From the NCBI RefSeq assembly GCF_009914755.1, contig NC_060938.1: 64,000 nucleotides of DNA. One strand, 5' to 3'. The position numbers and the translations under genes are program-made. The notes under the pieces are model-generated. The model saw only the letters and a program-made list of their open reading frames with translations. It was not told where the DNA came from and searched no databases. The DNA comes from the human T2T-CHM13v2.0 reference genome, Homo sapiens. Shown one piece after another: positions 38,537-52,612 of this stretch; positions within the stretch are counted from its first letter, which is position 1; each line of letters opens with the position of its first letter.

Positions 38537-39200
38537 ACAACACCAAATGTTGGTGAATTAATTGTTGGAGTAACTTGAACTCTCATACATTGATGTTGGG
38601 AATTTACAATGGCTAACCACTCTGAAAAACTTAATAGAAACTTCAGGTAATTTCAGGTAGATGTAAACAAACAGCTACCTTATGACCTGATAATCCCACT
38701 CGTGTTTAGCCAAGACATGTCTATGAAATGATTTAAATTAGCATGCTAATGAAAACCTTATTGGTGGCCTAAGATTTGAAACAACCCAAATGTCCATAAA
38801 AGGATAAAATGATAATAAACAAACTTAGGGTTAACTATATAATGAAACATTAGTCCGCAGTAAAAAGAAACAACTACAGAAAATGCAACAACACACATGA
38901 ATCTCTAAATCATAATGCTGAGTTTAAAAGCCAGATACAAAATAACACATCATATACTTCTGTTTTTATAAAATCCAAGAAAAGGCAAAACTAACCTATG
39001 CTATTAGGAATTAGAAGATGAAAGCTCATTAAGGTGATAGATGGGTGGGGTGGATGGCAAAGATCACAAGAAACCTTTCTGGAGTGATGGAAATATTCTT
39101 TATCTTGTTTGGAATAGTAGTTTCTAAAGTGCATATATTTAAGAGAAGTTACCAAGTTGGACACTTAGATATGTGTATTCTAATGTATATAAATTATATT
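38537..39200 (+). mobile_element. L1ME/MC 3' end
   Basis: caccaaatgttggtga...gaactctcatacattgatgttgggaat; aaaggcaaaactaacctatg; ctttctggagtgatggaaatattctttatcttg. Confidence 0.75.
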
Positions 39201-39499
39201 CTAAGAAATACAACCAAGAATTTATTTTCATGCTTGCTTGTAAATGCACATAAATTTCTTGAAGGACACAAAAATTAATATTAGCTTCCAAATTTTGAGG
39301 TATGGGGTGAAATGGGCATATAGGGGACAGATATAAGAAGGACATTTCTCACTGTATGAAGTATTTTTTATTTAAAAATGTGAATATGTTACCTATTAAA
39401 AAATTTAATACATTTTTAAAGTCAAGTATGTTTAAAGCACACTGCCTAATTTCCAACCTTATGGCTATACCATTAAAAATTCTGAGTTATGCTTGCTTC

Positions 39500-40220
39500 C
39501 ACACCTCTCATATGCAGTCCTTCAATAAGTCCCATTGATTATCTCTCCAAAGGTTATCTTTGGTATAAATACTTTCTTCTGTCTTCTTTTTTACCTCTTA
39601 ACCTAACCTACCATCATCTCTTATTTATATGAATAGTACTTCAAATGCTCCCTACTGTTCCCCTTGCCTCCACTTCTTGCATTCTATAGCCCGTTTTTCA
39701 CTCAGTAATCAGCACAACATTTTAAATATGTAAATCAGATAGGAACACTCCTCTGCCTGTTACATCTCACACATAGTATGTTGACCGATTGCCATTTGGC
39801 CTATGTCGGCTCTACCTCTCTAATTTCCCTTACACTTTTTTCCATTTGCTCACTACTGTCTTGCCACACTAGCCTTCTTTCTGCTTCTCAATGCGCTAGT
39901 CTCTTCCTTCATGAGCTTTCAACAAGTCTATCTTCAGATCTTCATAGAGATGGTGTAGTTTTGTCATTCAGATCTTAGCTGAAATGTTGTCACCTTGTCA
40001 GAAAGGCCCTCCCTGGCCAGCTCACTTGGAATAGTAGTCTCTTCCCCTATCTCTTACACTTTTATCATAGCACTCATTACAATCAATTGTTTTCTCTCTG
40101 GTGTGTTTGTCTGTTGTCTGTTTCCATGCATTAGGATGTAAAATCCCCAGGAACAGGGACATTTTTCTGTCTTGTTCGGTGCTGCATTGTAGACACTACA
40201 ATACAGCCTGGTTCATGGTT
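39500..40220 (+). mobile_element. L2 fragment
   Basis: tcattcagatcttagctgaaatg; ttaggatgtaaaatccccaggaacagggac...tgtcttgttc. Confidence 0.7.
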
Positions 40221-40229
40221 TTAGCTTCT

Positions 40230-41120
40230 AAGATAGTCTAGGGAGACAAATCTTTCCTAGCAGGAATAACAAGCCTCCATTCTAAGGATTAATTTAGATC
40301 ATGAGACTGCCTTCATTTTAAGTATTGTGGAAAACATTAGGAAGCAAAGTCCCTAATTATGTCTATAATTATGAAAAAATCATATTTTAAAAAGTCTTTG
40401 GTAGCAAGAAAGACTGTAATATACTCTAAGATGGGAATGTTTTTCCACATATGTTTCTTTACTTACATCACTTGTTTTCTGTTTCTTTTAAGAAAGTAAA
40501 CACTGTGTTTTTTAGTTTATTTGGTACATATAGTTTTGCAAAATATGCATTTTCATGCCTCTCTGTCTTTTCATTTCCTATTATTCCATTACTGTCTTTG
40601 CATTTGTTCCTGTTCTTGCATTTCTCCCCGCTCTTTTTTTACCTTTATGATTTTGTGTATCTCTTTCTCCCTTTTTCTCTTTTCCCCATTTTCCATTTTT
40701 CCCACTTTTTTTCTGAATTGGACATAAATTAGAACAAAATATTTTTGAGTATGCATTATATTTGTTGAAAAATTGTTTAGTATTTTAATTTTTAAAATAA
40801 AAAATCTTTTTAAATAAAAATAAATCTACTGAAATTTAATTATATTGTGTTCTACTATATGATTCTTAATTACTTTTCTTCTGTTTAGTAATATTTAGCT
40901 TAAAAACATAGTTGATATTGCTTTAGTGGAACATAGGAGACACTTATTCCTAAAATGAAAACAACAAAGGTCAAGACCACAATAAGGTGTATTTAAGAAT
41001 ACATCTCTTTGTGAGGAATTAGTCCTTCAACATGCAGTTCTCCTCTCCAAGAAGGATTATGCCAAAGAGTCTTTGTGAACATCGTTTATTTTTCTTTGCC
41101 TGTTTCTTTGTCACCAGAAA
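40230..41120 (+). repeat. Diverged paralogous block upstream of the OR4N pseudogene (copy A; copy B at 62440-63900)
   Basis: Collinear anchors ctttcctag, ctccatt, atgaaaaaa(a)tcatatttt.aaaagt.tt(t)ggt.gcaaga, tactc.aagatggg, ataaattagaacaaa, tctc.aagaa..attatgc. Confidence 0.85.
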
Positions 41121-42319
41121 GATACTGAATTTAACATACTACCTACCTGACCACATTACTTCCTTTCTTGTTATATCAATGATTTCCTATTATATACTTT
41201 TTTAAAAAAAAATAGTAATGTAAGAAATAAAATAACCTCTTTCGGCTTTCTGCCCACATGGACCTAATAAACATGCTGGCTATTCTGTAATGTCTGTCAC
41301 TGATAGAATGTTGATTTTAAAACTTAGAAGTGACATAGTGACTTTTAAATCATATATACTTCACTATTTATATATAACATGTTTCTAGTCTCATTCTTTG
41401 ACTGTATTTTGATGGCATTTCCACAATTGAAAGTGTTTTGCAGCTTTTTTAGCCTTCAAATTCCCAAAGTGTATTATTCTCCATTGCATCACAAATTGAT
41501 TGCAGATTTCAAAGTGTAAGATATTCCTCTTTGAGAAGAGATATTTAAGAATGAAGTCAGGAAAAATCAGTTATTGTTCCTTCTATTAGAAGGAGGTTAT
41601 ATCTGCCGTATGAGAAGAGCTTTAGATTACTAGAGACGTAAATGTTTTTGTCATTCTCCGTATTTATAAGGAACATAAAGAAGGAAGAAATGGAAACAGA
41701 TATTGTAACACCTCAGGTGGGACATCTGCTCCCTTGAAATGCAAAGATCAAAATTATAACAGACATAGATTAATATGTTGAATCTGAATTCGGTAACACA
41801 GTAGCACCTTTTACCTGTTCTTAATAATATAGCTCCAGTTTCTCCTAATATTTAGAATTAATTTATTAGGAATATATAAAGCCTTTATTAACATTGCCTT
41901 GGGAATGTTTATACTTGGTCCTAAACCTATATCTATTAACTGAAAGGCATGAGGGAACAGAAATCATATCCAATGCAGAAATGCCAGAGTGCAGAGAAAA
42001 TCTTCACCAACTTCACGATTTTGCAGGAGACTAGCTCTGTCTAGTTCCCACACCTGCAGGGATGAGAGGTTCTTTTACAAATAGTCTTACCATATACCAA
42101 TCTGGGACTTTGAGAGCTGGCTGAAGTGAAGCCTCCATAAATTCTTTTCTTGTAATCTCTAAAATTTATGTAGCTACCATTACCCTAGTGACTCATTTCA
42201 AAGGCAGGGACAGAGGATCTATATTATATATTTACTTCTTAGAAACTAAAGGCCCTCTTAATATCTACATTTTTTCCTTGTTTATTTTTGGTTTAGTCGG
42301 ACTTCAATATGCTAATTAT

Positions 42320-42480
42320 TGCTATCATTCTCATCTTATTATATTCATAAATCAAGACAGTGAGATAAAATAGCTCACGCTAGGGAGATGACCTTCCCAA
42401 GATCTCACGGTTAAAAAAATTGCAGGATGAAGAATTTAAACCCAGATAGACAGATGCCCAAATGAGGGCTTTTTAAATGG
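42320..42480 (-). mobile_element. MIR-like fragment
   Basis: gaccttcccaagatctcacggttaa...gaatttaaacccagatagacagatgcc. Confidence 0.5.
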
Positions 42481-44179
42481 CATCCATTACTTTGCCTAGA
42501 AATCATGGCATTATAAACATTGGTATCAGTTAATGATTTGATAATACTCTTTAACTTTATCCACATTTTTCAGAACACACAAAAAATTAGTGATTATTTA
42601 GGTTATGGGTTACAAACCAGATAGCACATATTAATAGACATCACATTCTTATTCTTATTTCGGGGACATTTATAAAATGTGTTTTTGCTGGTAGGGTGGA
42701 TTAATGAGAAATTTCTTTCAAGCATAAAGGTGAATAGTGCCACTTTTACTAAGATCAGTTATAAACAGACAAAATATTTGAGGTAATGGGAAATAATTTA
42801 AAAGTATTTACAAAGTATATTTTAAGGAGGATACTATTCAAGGAAAGTAATTTAGTACTGAAAGGTGGGTTAGTTATTTTTAACTCTTAGAAAAATTGGA
42901 GTGAAGAAACTTCATGTGCTGTCTTTACTATTGTTTCAAAAGAAAACAATAGTGATGCTTCTCAGAATTAATGGGAAGGCAAATATGCGATCTAATAAAG
43001 GAGAAATGAATAGAGAAGACAAGAAGAGAGAGTGGAAAAATATTGGAAACTGCAAGGACATTGAGAAATAAAAGTAACAGAGGAGAAAAAATAGAAGAGA
43101 AACAAGAGAAAAGCAAGGGGAATCATTAGAGGACAAATACGAGAGAGAAAAAGGGAGAAGATAAAAATAGAGAAAAAGAAATCAACTTAAGTAAAAGTGT
43201 AACTTAAAAAATGAAGTGTAGAAATATTTAGTGAGATGGGAGTGGAAGGCCATAAAATAAATATTTTAAAAGGAGGTATGAGGAAATATAAAGAAAAATG
43301 AGTGAATTAGTGCCTGTGAATGGGAATCAAGTCTCCAAACACCTGCTCCATGAATTTTCTAACAAGAGCCTAGACTCTAAGCATGAACAGTGCACAGGGC
43401 AGCCTTTAGCTGGAATGCGTGTGTGCCCCCACCCATTACTCTTTCCTCTTCTGCGCTGCTCCAGCATTGTCAGGAGCAGATGAAAGTTTGTTTCTGTTGA
43501 AATTGAAATATAAGATAGAGGGAATGGCAGTCATTCAGATTTCTATTTCAGCTTCCACTGACAGTGATCCTTCTAATATAGTTATGTTCTTCTAATATAG
43601 TTAGACAAGACCAAGCTTGTCTTTGCAGGAATTTCTGTGCTTTTATTTTGCTGGGACTTAATTCATTTTACCTAGAGGAATGTCCACCTTATGAATATAT
43701 ATATTTGGTCTCTGGATCCATAATGAGCATGATGTGAGCACTGCTGGTATAACAAAAGAGCTTAGCGGGAAGTACACAACGGGAACACAGTGAATCAAAG
43801 ATATTTGATGGTAGTGGGTTCCAGATGTTACAGAGTCAATAGGAGAACAGAAGTGGATGATAGGGAATAAAATGCAAGGTACAGTGCAAGAACCTAAAAC
43901 TCCCAATCTCAGAGATACTTGAAAGTTTCTCCTATGACCCAAATACATCCTCAGTTTTTGAAAGAGTGTGAAATAACAAACTGCATAATAACGTGCAAGA
44001 TGCACACAACTTAAGAGTAAGCAGAGAGCGATTCCTGACTTTTCTATGAGCAGGTTTTATATGCACAGAAAGACTGATAAATATGAAGATCAATAAATTG
44101 CCAAGTGCCAAAAAAAAATAAGAAATAAGAAAAGAAGAAGGGTACCATATGTAAAACTTTATGCTTCTGTTTTGGTTAG

Positions 44180-44532
<353 letters not shown>

Positions 44533-45164
44533 TAGGTACTTCTTTCATAATTCCCAATTTAAACCTCTGCTGAAAACCTCTGCTATTAATTAATATATTA
44601 GGGTTAGATATATTTTTAAAAGCATATCTTCTGATGTTTCAAATAGATGTGTCATTATAAATATTTTCTTTGATTTCTTAATTTGGTACTTTATTGTTTT
44701 TATTTCTTTCCCTCTCCTCTTACACGCTGTCTCCTCATTCAGTTAGTTAATGAACCTCTTTCCCTCTACTCTACACTTCATATTCCACATTATTTTAAAA
44801 CAATTGTGCCATTTAACAGAAGCATATGAAATATTTTTCTGTATCACATTGTAGTGTTTTGTTCTAGCTCAAGATCTTTAGCTTTTAATTTTTTTTTATT
44901 TCAACCACAAACCATTTTTTGAGCATGCACCAAAAACATACATATCTTCTTTATGCATTTCATATTTAATTATACCATGATTCTATATAAACTGTAAAAC
45001 GTTCAAAAATAAAACTTCAAAGAATAGGATACAATAATGTAAGTGTAGAAATTCTCCTATTATTGCTTTCATACCAATAAATTATTATGCACATCCCCAA
45101 ACATGAGCACAGTCTCAATTTGGAGGCCACTGTACAGAGAAGCCTCAGATCTTGTTTTCTCCAG

Positions 45165-45237
45165 AGTGACCGAGAGTCTTTTTATTTAGACTAGTTCATT
45201 CGGTTGATGTTCTATAGAGAAAAGGGAATTACTTCTG
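45165..45237 (+). other. Candidate 73-nt non-coding 5' UTR exon of the OR4N pseudogene
   Basis: Acceptor cttgttttctccag ends at 45164 and donor CTG|GTAAGT has GT at 45238-45239; the coding-exon acceptor ttctacag ends at 45794. Confidence 0.45.
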
Positions 45238-45803
45238 GTAAGTACAGTTGCCTTTATAAAAGTTTTTAGATAAACATTCCTAAGGTAGCATTTATATAAA
45301 ACAAATTGTACTAATTGCCGTATGGTTCAATACTCAATAAGTTTTGACAAGAATAGATACATATAACCATTATAATTAAAAATGGAACATTTCTGTCCCC
45401 TTGAAAAGCTCTGTCATTCTTCTTTGCTGTCAATCCCAGCTCATCTTCCATTCAAAGCAAAACATGAAGACCTCAATAACTGGGGTTAAGTTTTTTCTCA
45501 GTCAGAAAAATTTTCATGTGCCTCATAAAAATCAGGAACAAATTCAGAGCAGTAGCACCCAAATCTTGCATGAGTGAACACTTAAACAGAAGCACAGGAC
45601 TGAAACAGAAGGAAGAGTGTGGCTTCAGGACCCGGGTGTTGGCCATCATGAAATGAGGAAGCATAAACAATAGTGATTTCTCAGGTTGTTGAGATAGATA
45701 GAGTAATATAAATGTGGCATACCTTGTGTTTAGTTCAAGAACTATAATCTAGATGTAACACCTGAAAATAAACTCTTTTATTGATATTCTACAGGCAGAA
45801 GAA

Positions 45804-46752
45804 ATAAAGATAGCAAACAACACAGTAGTGACAGAATTTATCCTCCTTGGTCTGACTCAGTCTCAAGATATTCAGCTCTTGGTCTTTGTGCTGATCTTAA
45901 TTTTCTACCTTATCATCCTCCCTGGAAATTTCCTCATCATTTTCACCATAAAGTCAGATCCTGGGCTCACAGCACCCCTCTATTTCTTTCTGGGCAACTT
46001 GGCCTTCCTGGATGCATCCTACTCCTTCATTGTGGCTCCCCGGATGTTGGTGGACTTCCTCTCTGCGAAGAATGTAATCTCCTACAGAGGCTGCATCACT
46101 CAGCTCTTTTTCTTGCACTTCCTTGGAGGAGGAGAGGGATTACTCCTTGTGATGTAGCCTTTGACCGCTACATCGCCATCTGCCGGCCTCTGCACTATTC
46201 TACTCTCATGAACCCCAGAGCTTGCTATGCAATGATGTTGGCTCTGTGGCTTGGGGGTTTTGTCCACTCCATTATCCAGGTGGTCCTCATCCTCCGCTTG
46301 CCTTTTTGTGGCCCAAACCAGCTGGACAACTTCTTCTGTGATGTCCCACAGGTCATCAAGCTGGCTTGCACCGACACGTTTGTGGTGGAGCTTCTGATGG
46401 TCTTCAACAGTGGCCTGATGACACTCCTGTCTTTCTGGGGCTTCTGGCTTCCTATGCAGTCATCCTGTGCCATGTTCGTAAGGCAGCTTCTGAATTGAAG
46501 AACAAGGCCATGTCCACGTGCACCACTCATGTCATTATTATACTTCTTATGTTTGGACCTGCTATCTTCATCTACATGCACCCCTTCAGGGCCTTACCAG
46601 CTGACAAGGTGGTTTCTTTCTTTCACACAGTGATCTTTCCATTGATGAATCCTATGATTTATACCCTTCGAAACCAGGAAGTGAAAACTTCCATGAAGAG
46701 GTTATTGAGTCGACATGTAGTCTGTCAAGTGGACTTTATAATAAGAAACTGA
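45804..46752 (+). pseudogene. OR4N1P: OR4N-subfamily olfactory receptor pseudogene (OR4N4-like termini)
   Basis: ATA replaces ATG before [12 protein letters not shown] frameshift with TAG at 46155-46157 disrupts MAFDRY, and a 1-bp deletion lies near 46430 (LLC to LLS). C-terminus ...[13 protein letters not shown]. Symbol from recalled gene order. Confidence 0.88.
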
Positions 46753-46779
46753 GAAGGAGGAATTCTGGCTGGAATTCAT

Positions 46780-47120
46780 ATCATTCATTTAACAAGTCCT
46801 GTTTTTCACTGAGTACCTCCCATTTGCCAGGTACCACTGTAGGCAATGGGGGAGAGTTATGCATAATGAGAGAATAAACTTATTTTATTTAACGAATATA
46901 AAGGAAACCCCAGAGTGGTTGAAGTATAATGAGTAAGTGTTAAGAAATTTAGGAGTTAAGTTTTATGTGACTGCAAGGGTCTTTTAGTCTGAGGTAAGAA
47001 TTTTTTCAAATCTTAATTGTGGTAAGAATCCATTTTAATGTTTTAAGCAAAGGAGCAGTCATCTACAATGCTTTCCTCTATTGGTTAGAGCAACATCAGC
47101 AAGATTTTAGGCAGAGATTA
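46780..47120 (-). mobile_element. L2 fragment
   Basis: tcattcatttaacaag...actgagtacctcccatttgccaggtaccactgtaggc. Confidence 0.6.
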
Positions 47121-47175
47121 ATAAGCTGTAAAATATCAAAAACCAAATGTATGTGGCAAGTATGTTCTGAAAAAG

Positions 47176-47352
47176 ACTATATATAGTCTTTTATACATAA
47201 ATATATTAAAAATTATATATATTTTAATGTTTTTATATATATTTTATAAATATGTATATTTACATATACATATAAAATAAGTAAAATATTTTTATATATT
47301 TATAAATATATATTTTTATACATTTAATCAATATATAAATAAATATATATTT
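47176..47352. repeat. TA-rich low-complexity tract
   Basis: Directly visible. Confidence 0.85.
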
Positions 47353-47534
47353 CCCCCCCAAATTTGGTAGAGAGATAAGAAAGGAAGCCAATTTGTTTCA
47401 TGGTAAAATGTCATGAAATTATTTCACTTATTTTTTCTTCAGAGCTTCACGATGATTATTAGACATTATCAGATATTTAGTACTACATATTATATTATAG
47501 ATTACATAAATCACTCCAGTTATTTTCAACATAG

Positions 47535-48176
47535 TGAAGCAGCTTCGTTGTCTGGGGAAATACCTGCAGTTCATTGTCTCATGCTGTGCAGATTAATGAC
47601 ACGGACTCACACATGGAGCGGTTTAAGGAGCAGAAAGTTTATTGGGCAAGAAGGAAGAGAAGAGCTCCCCCATACAGAGGGAGGCGGGCTCTGAATGGAA
47701 TAACCCCACTTGCGGGGAAAGCAGTCAGTTACATTGGGAGGCTCAAGGAGGTAGTGTCTGATTTGCATAGGGCCCAGGGGATTCGTTTGACCAGGTGTGT
47801 CATTCACACAACCCATGAAAAGACTGGACCTCCCACCCTAATCTTTTATTCTGCAAATGCGGCTTCTACCTGGCTGTCGCCATGATGCCTGCACATGTGC
47901 TTTACTTGGCTGGTGCCATGACACCAGCACATGTGGCAACAAAGTAAAGTGAGTGGGAACAGTCATATTGAGTGGACCTGTCTCTTAGCCACCTGCATTT
48001 ACTTCTGCAAGCCTGTAATTTACATACCTAGGCTTCCAGCATGGCTTTTCAGGCTGCTTTCTGTTAGAAAAGAAGTAGTTTGGGGGCTGCTTTTTTATTA
48101 AAAGGAAAAGCCTTTGCGAGGACTCTTTTACCCTTTCTAGCTGCCTAAAAATAATTTCTTAATAACTCCTGTATTA
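47535..48176 (-). mobile_element. LTR9B-like ERV1 solo LTR
   Basis: Minus strand TAATACAGGAGTTATTAAGAAATTATTTTTAGGCAG ... CCCCAGACAACGAAGCTGCTTCA; perfect 4-bp TSD ATAG at 47531 and 48177. Confidence 0.85.
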
Positions 48177-49104
48177 ATAGTGGGGTCTAATGTGAGAAAT
48201 TAGGTACTTATAAAATTTTTCAAGTATAGAAGACCATTATTTATGCTGGGCATCTATTACAGAAGTTGTTGCCAGAAAAACACTGTAGAACTAACCTGCT
48301 AGGTGACCTATCCCTGCAATAACCAGGAGGCCGAGAGGACAAGAAGCCACTTTCCCAGCTCCTGGCTCAAGGAACACATCAATCAGCCACGGTCTGGCAT
48401 GAACTGAATTGTAGAGAGCACCTCTCATGTTATTGTCTCTCTAATTATTTTTTCTAAATTAAATTTTGTATGAGTATATTTGATAGAATCTGTAATGCTA
48501 GTGGCAAAAGTCTTTGACAAACCTGTCTATATGTTGACAGCTTCTTCAGAAAACAAACAAAAATGGTGGTAAAATATAGGATAAAAAGTTTGCAATCTTG
48601 GAGGTGAGAAAGGCCATTGAAGTTTGACAAAGAAAATGAAAATAAAAAGATACATTAAATCTTGATGTCTTCTACATATTTTGATATGTAAAAATGAAAA
48701 AAGTTTATATGGGCAAAAGGCAGAAAAATGCTGAAAATATTTCTATGGCATATAGATGTGGAGATTATTTTCTGCACGATTATAAGGTTTGCATGTAAAT
48801 TGAATATTTTCTCCCTACTCCAAGACTGTATAAGAGGACAACCATGCATAAAAATTAAAATAAAAATTACTAAAAATTGATATAAATAATAAAAATTTAT
48901 CTAATACATAAAGAATTTGCTTAAATGAATATGAAATAGGTACATAGAAGGAAATGTGGGCAATGAACAAAGGAAAAAATGAAAAGGCTTATAAGCATGA
49001 AAGTAAGCTTACCCTTAAAAATCAACCACAGAAATGAAAACCACTGATTTTGATTAGCATGTAGGATAACGTTGCTCATGTATTATCAATAAAGAAGTAC
49101 AGAA

Positions 49105-51260
49105 TAGGGAGAGGTGCCAGAAGCAGCTATCATGTGCCACTCATGGAGAGGGAGACAGGGTGGTGAGTAAACACTAGCTCTTCAAGTGGCTCATCCATGA
49201 GGCCATGTTAGGATTCATCAAGGAAGCAACTGCAATCGATGGACAGCAGAAAGGGGCCAGGCAGGAAAGCAGTCCACCCAGGATTGGCATAGAGCCAGGT
49301 GAGGCTCCCTACCATAGGGAAAGGGTGAATAAGAACCTCCTGGGACCCACACTTCTGCCATGGGCCTTTGCAATCCTGGCACAGGAGATCTCCCGTGACC
49401 CCGGGGGGCCTCCAGACCAACACAGAGAGATTACTTGAGTCTGGACAGAGCTGCAGCTAGGCTCACCTGGAGCCCCATGAGCTTTGGGGCCCTGAGCACC
49501 TTGGTGCCAGCTGCCATAGCCCCACCAACAAGGGAGGCCAGCTCTCTTGCATGCCTCTAGAATAGGGGCTGCATCCACGGTGCTGAGGAGCAGACTGACT
49601 GCAGGCCCCGCTTGCTTTAGCAAACCAGGCAAAACCCACTAGCCTGGGTTGCCCACGCAGCCACCCCACTCTCACCTGAACACTCAGGCCAGTCAGGGCT
49701 CTCCATTTCTTTGGGAAGGAACTCCCAGAGGTAACCAATAGGCCTGAGATTTCTGGTACTGTGGTCTCCCACATGCTGCCCTCAGGCTGGGGAGGGATCG
49801 AAGAGCACAGGAACTGTCCTAGACCTTCAGCAAGGCAGCTGTCATACGAAGAGCTGTCATACAGAAAAGCGGCCAGATTATTTTCCACGTGGGTCCCTGT
49901 CCCAGCTACTCCTCACTGGACAGGGCCTCCCGGCCTGGGGTCCCAGCACAACCGCCCCACCCCCACTTGATCTTTCATTTGGCAGTGGCCCTGAGTTTCT
50001 CTGGGATAGAGCTCCCAGAGACAACCGGCAGGCTCTGTGCCATCACCAGCTGAGTGTAAGGCCCTTCCTTGCTCCCCGCAGGCTAGGTAGGGAACAAAGA
50101 GCCTGACTGCAGCTGTCCTAGGGAGAGAAGGCCAGATTGTCTTCCTTGCGAGACCCTGACCCCCGCTACTCTTCACCAGACATGGCCCGGCTTGGGCCCA
50201 CAGCACAGCCTCCCCACCCCTGGATCCTTCCCCTTGGCAGTAGCAGTAGCTCTGGGTGGAGTTGCCAGAGGCAGCTGACAGGCCATCTGCCACTGCTGCC
50301 ACCCCCCAGGCTAGGGAGGGAACAAAGAGCCGGCTTGCTGTGCTTGCACATCCAGCATGCCACAGCTGCTCTATGGAGAGGAGGCCAGACAGTCCCTGCA
50401 ACAAGCCCCCGATCCCTCTGCTCTTCACTAGGGAGGGCCCTGGGCTTGGGCCCACAGCACAAACGTCCCATCCCGGGCTGGTCATTCTGATTGGCAGCGG
50501 CTCTGAATTTCTCTGGGGTGGAGTTCCCAGAGACAAATGACAAGCCCTCTGCCACTGACACCGCCAAGGTCCCGTCCCCTGCTCCCCCAAGCTGGGGAGG
50601 GAATAAAAAGCCCGAGCTCGCCCCAGGTCCCACACTAGAGCGGGAAGAGAAACCCACACTCTCAGAGCACTGAGAGGGGTAACCGCGTGGGTTCCTCGGC
50701 TGCTGTGGGAGCAGGGTACGCCTGGAAAACGTATGGCCTATCTCCCTGCGGTGGCCTCTGCCTGAGGGAGCCCCGCAGCCTGGAACACCTAGCAAAAGAA
50801 ATGATGGTGCAGTGCTAGTGACCGGAGGGGCTTCCCCCAAGGCTCAGGAGCGGACCTGGTGAGGGGGTCACTTCTTTCCCCGCTGTACTGGAGACCAGGC
50901 TGTAGATGTGAGGAAGTACAAGGGAACCACAGGCCTGAGCAAGAGCCTATCTACTGTCCATTACTCTTAAGCGACGTCTACTGGATTGCAGCCAAAACTG
51001 CTACAACACCAAAAATATTTTGCTAATATCCCCCAGTGAAATCAAAGGCAAGAATCCAGCCACAAATAAAGACCCTGCACAAAGCCTTGGCTATCTGAAA
51101 ACATTCAGAAACAAAGCCAAGTGACTATACTCAAGTTACACCACAGGTAAAGGAACGCCAATGCTTCCAGATGAGAAAGAACCAGTGCAAGAACTCTGAC
51201 AATTCAAAAAGCCAGTTTCCCCATACCTCCAAATGAGTCCACCAGACCCCAAGCAATGAT
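49105..51260 (+). mobile_element. L1PB/old-L1PA-type 5' UTR with internal tandem repeats, plus ORF1 start
   Basis: GC-rich 5' UTR with four 250-290-bp units; ORF1 start atgagaaagaaccagtgcaagaactct (MRKNQCKNS) at 51171. Confidence 0.85.
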
Positions 51261-52077
51261 AATATTTTTTTTTATTTGCTTTCCTTATTTGTCTGCTTGT
51301 TTTGGGATAACTTTTACTTTTTTAATTTTAATTTTTTAACTTTTAGGTTCAGTTATACATGTGCAGATTTGTTATATAGGTAAAATTGCTTGTCACAGGG
51401 GTTTGGTGAACAGATTTATCACCCAGGTAATAAGCATAGTACCTGATAGTCAGTTTTCTGACCCTCACCCTTTTGCCACCATCCAATCTCAACTATGCCC
51501 AAGTATTTGTTGTTCCCTTCTTTGTGTTTATGTGTATTCAACGTTTATCTCCAATTTATAAGTAAGAACATGTAGTATTTAGTTATTTGTTCCTATGTTA
51601 GTTCACTCAGGAAAATAGCCTCCAGCTCCATGCATGTTGCTGCAAAAGATATGATCTCATTCTTTTTTATGACTGCATAGTATTCCATAGTATACTTGTA
51701 CCACATTTTCTTTATCAAGTTCACCATTGATGGGCATCTACGTTGATTCCATGACATTGCTATTGTGAATATGCCTGTGATGAACATACTTGTGCATATG
51801 TTTTTATGGCACAATGATTTATATTCCTTTGGGTATATACCCAATAATGGGATTGCTGGGTTGAATGCTACTTTGGTTTTAAGTACTTTGTGAAATCGCC
51901 ACACTGCTTTCCATAATGGCTGAACCAATTTTTATTCCCACCAGCAATGCATAAGCATTCCCTTTTCTCTGCAACCTCGCCAGCATGATCTATTATTTTT
52001 TGACTTTTTAACAATAGCCCATCTGACTGGTGTGAGATGGTATCTCATTGTGGTTTTGATGTGCATTTCTCTAATGA

Positions 52078-52432
<355 letters not shown>

Positions 52433-52435
52433 TGA

Positions 52436-52612
<177 letters not shown>

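Noticed and set aside
40451-40732. Hydrophobic Phe/Leu-rich ORFs (also 42928 and 63230)
   Set aside because: Translation of pyrimidine-rich low-complexity DNA; the frames are not conserved between the paralogous blocks.
46208-46498. 96-aa and 128-aa OR-like ORFs as separate genes
   Set aside because: They are frameshifted pieces of the single OR4N pseudogene.
49913-50840. Long antisense ORFs (248 and 224 aa)
   Set aside because: They lie in the GC-rich repeated L1 5' UTR where stops are rare, and show no recognisable domain.
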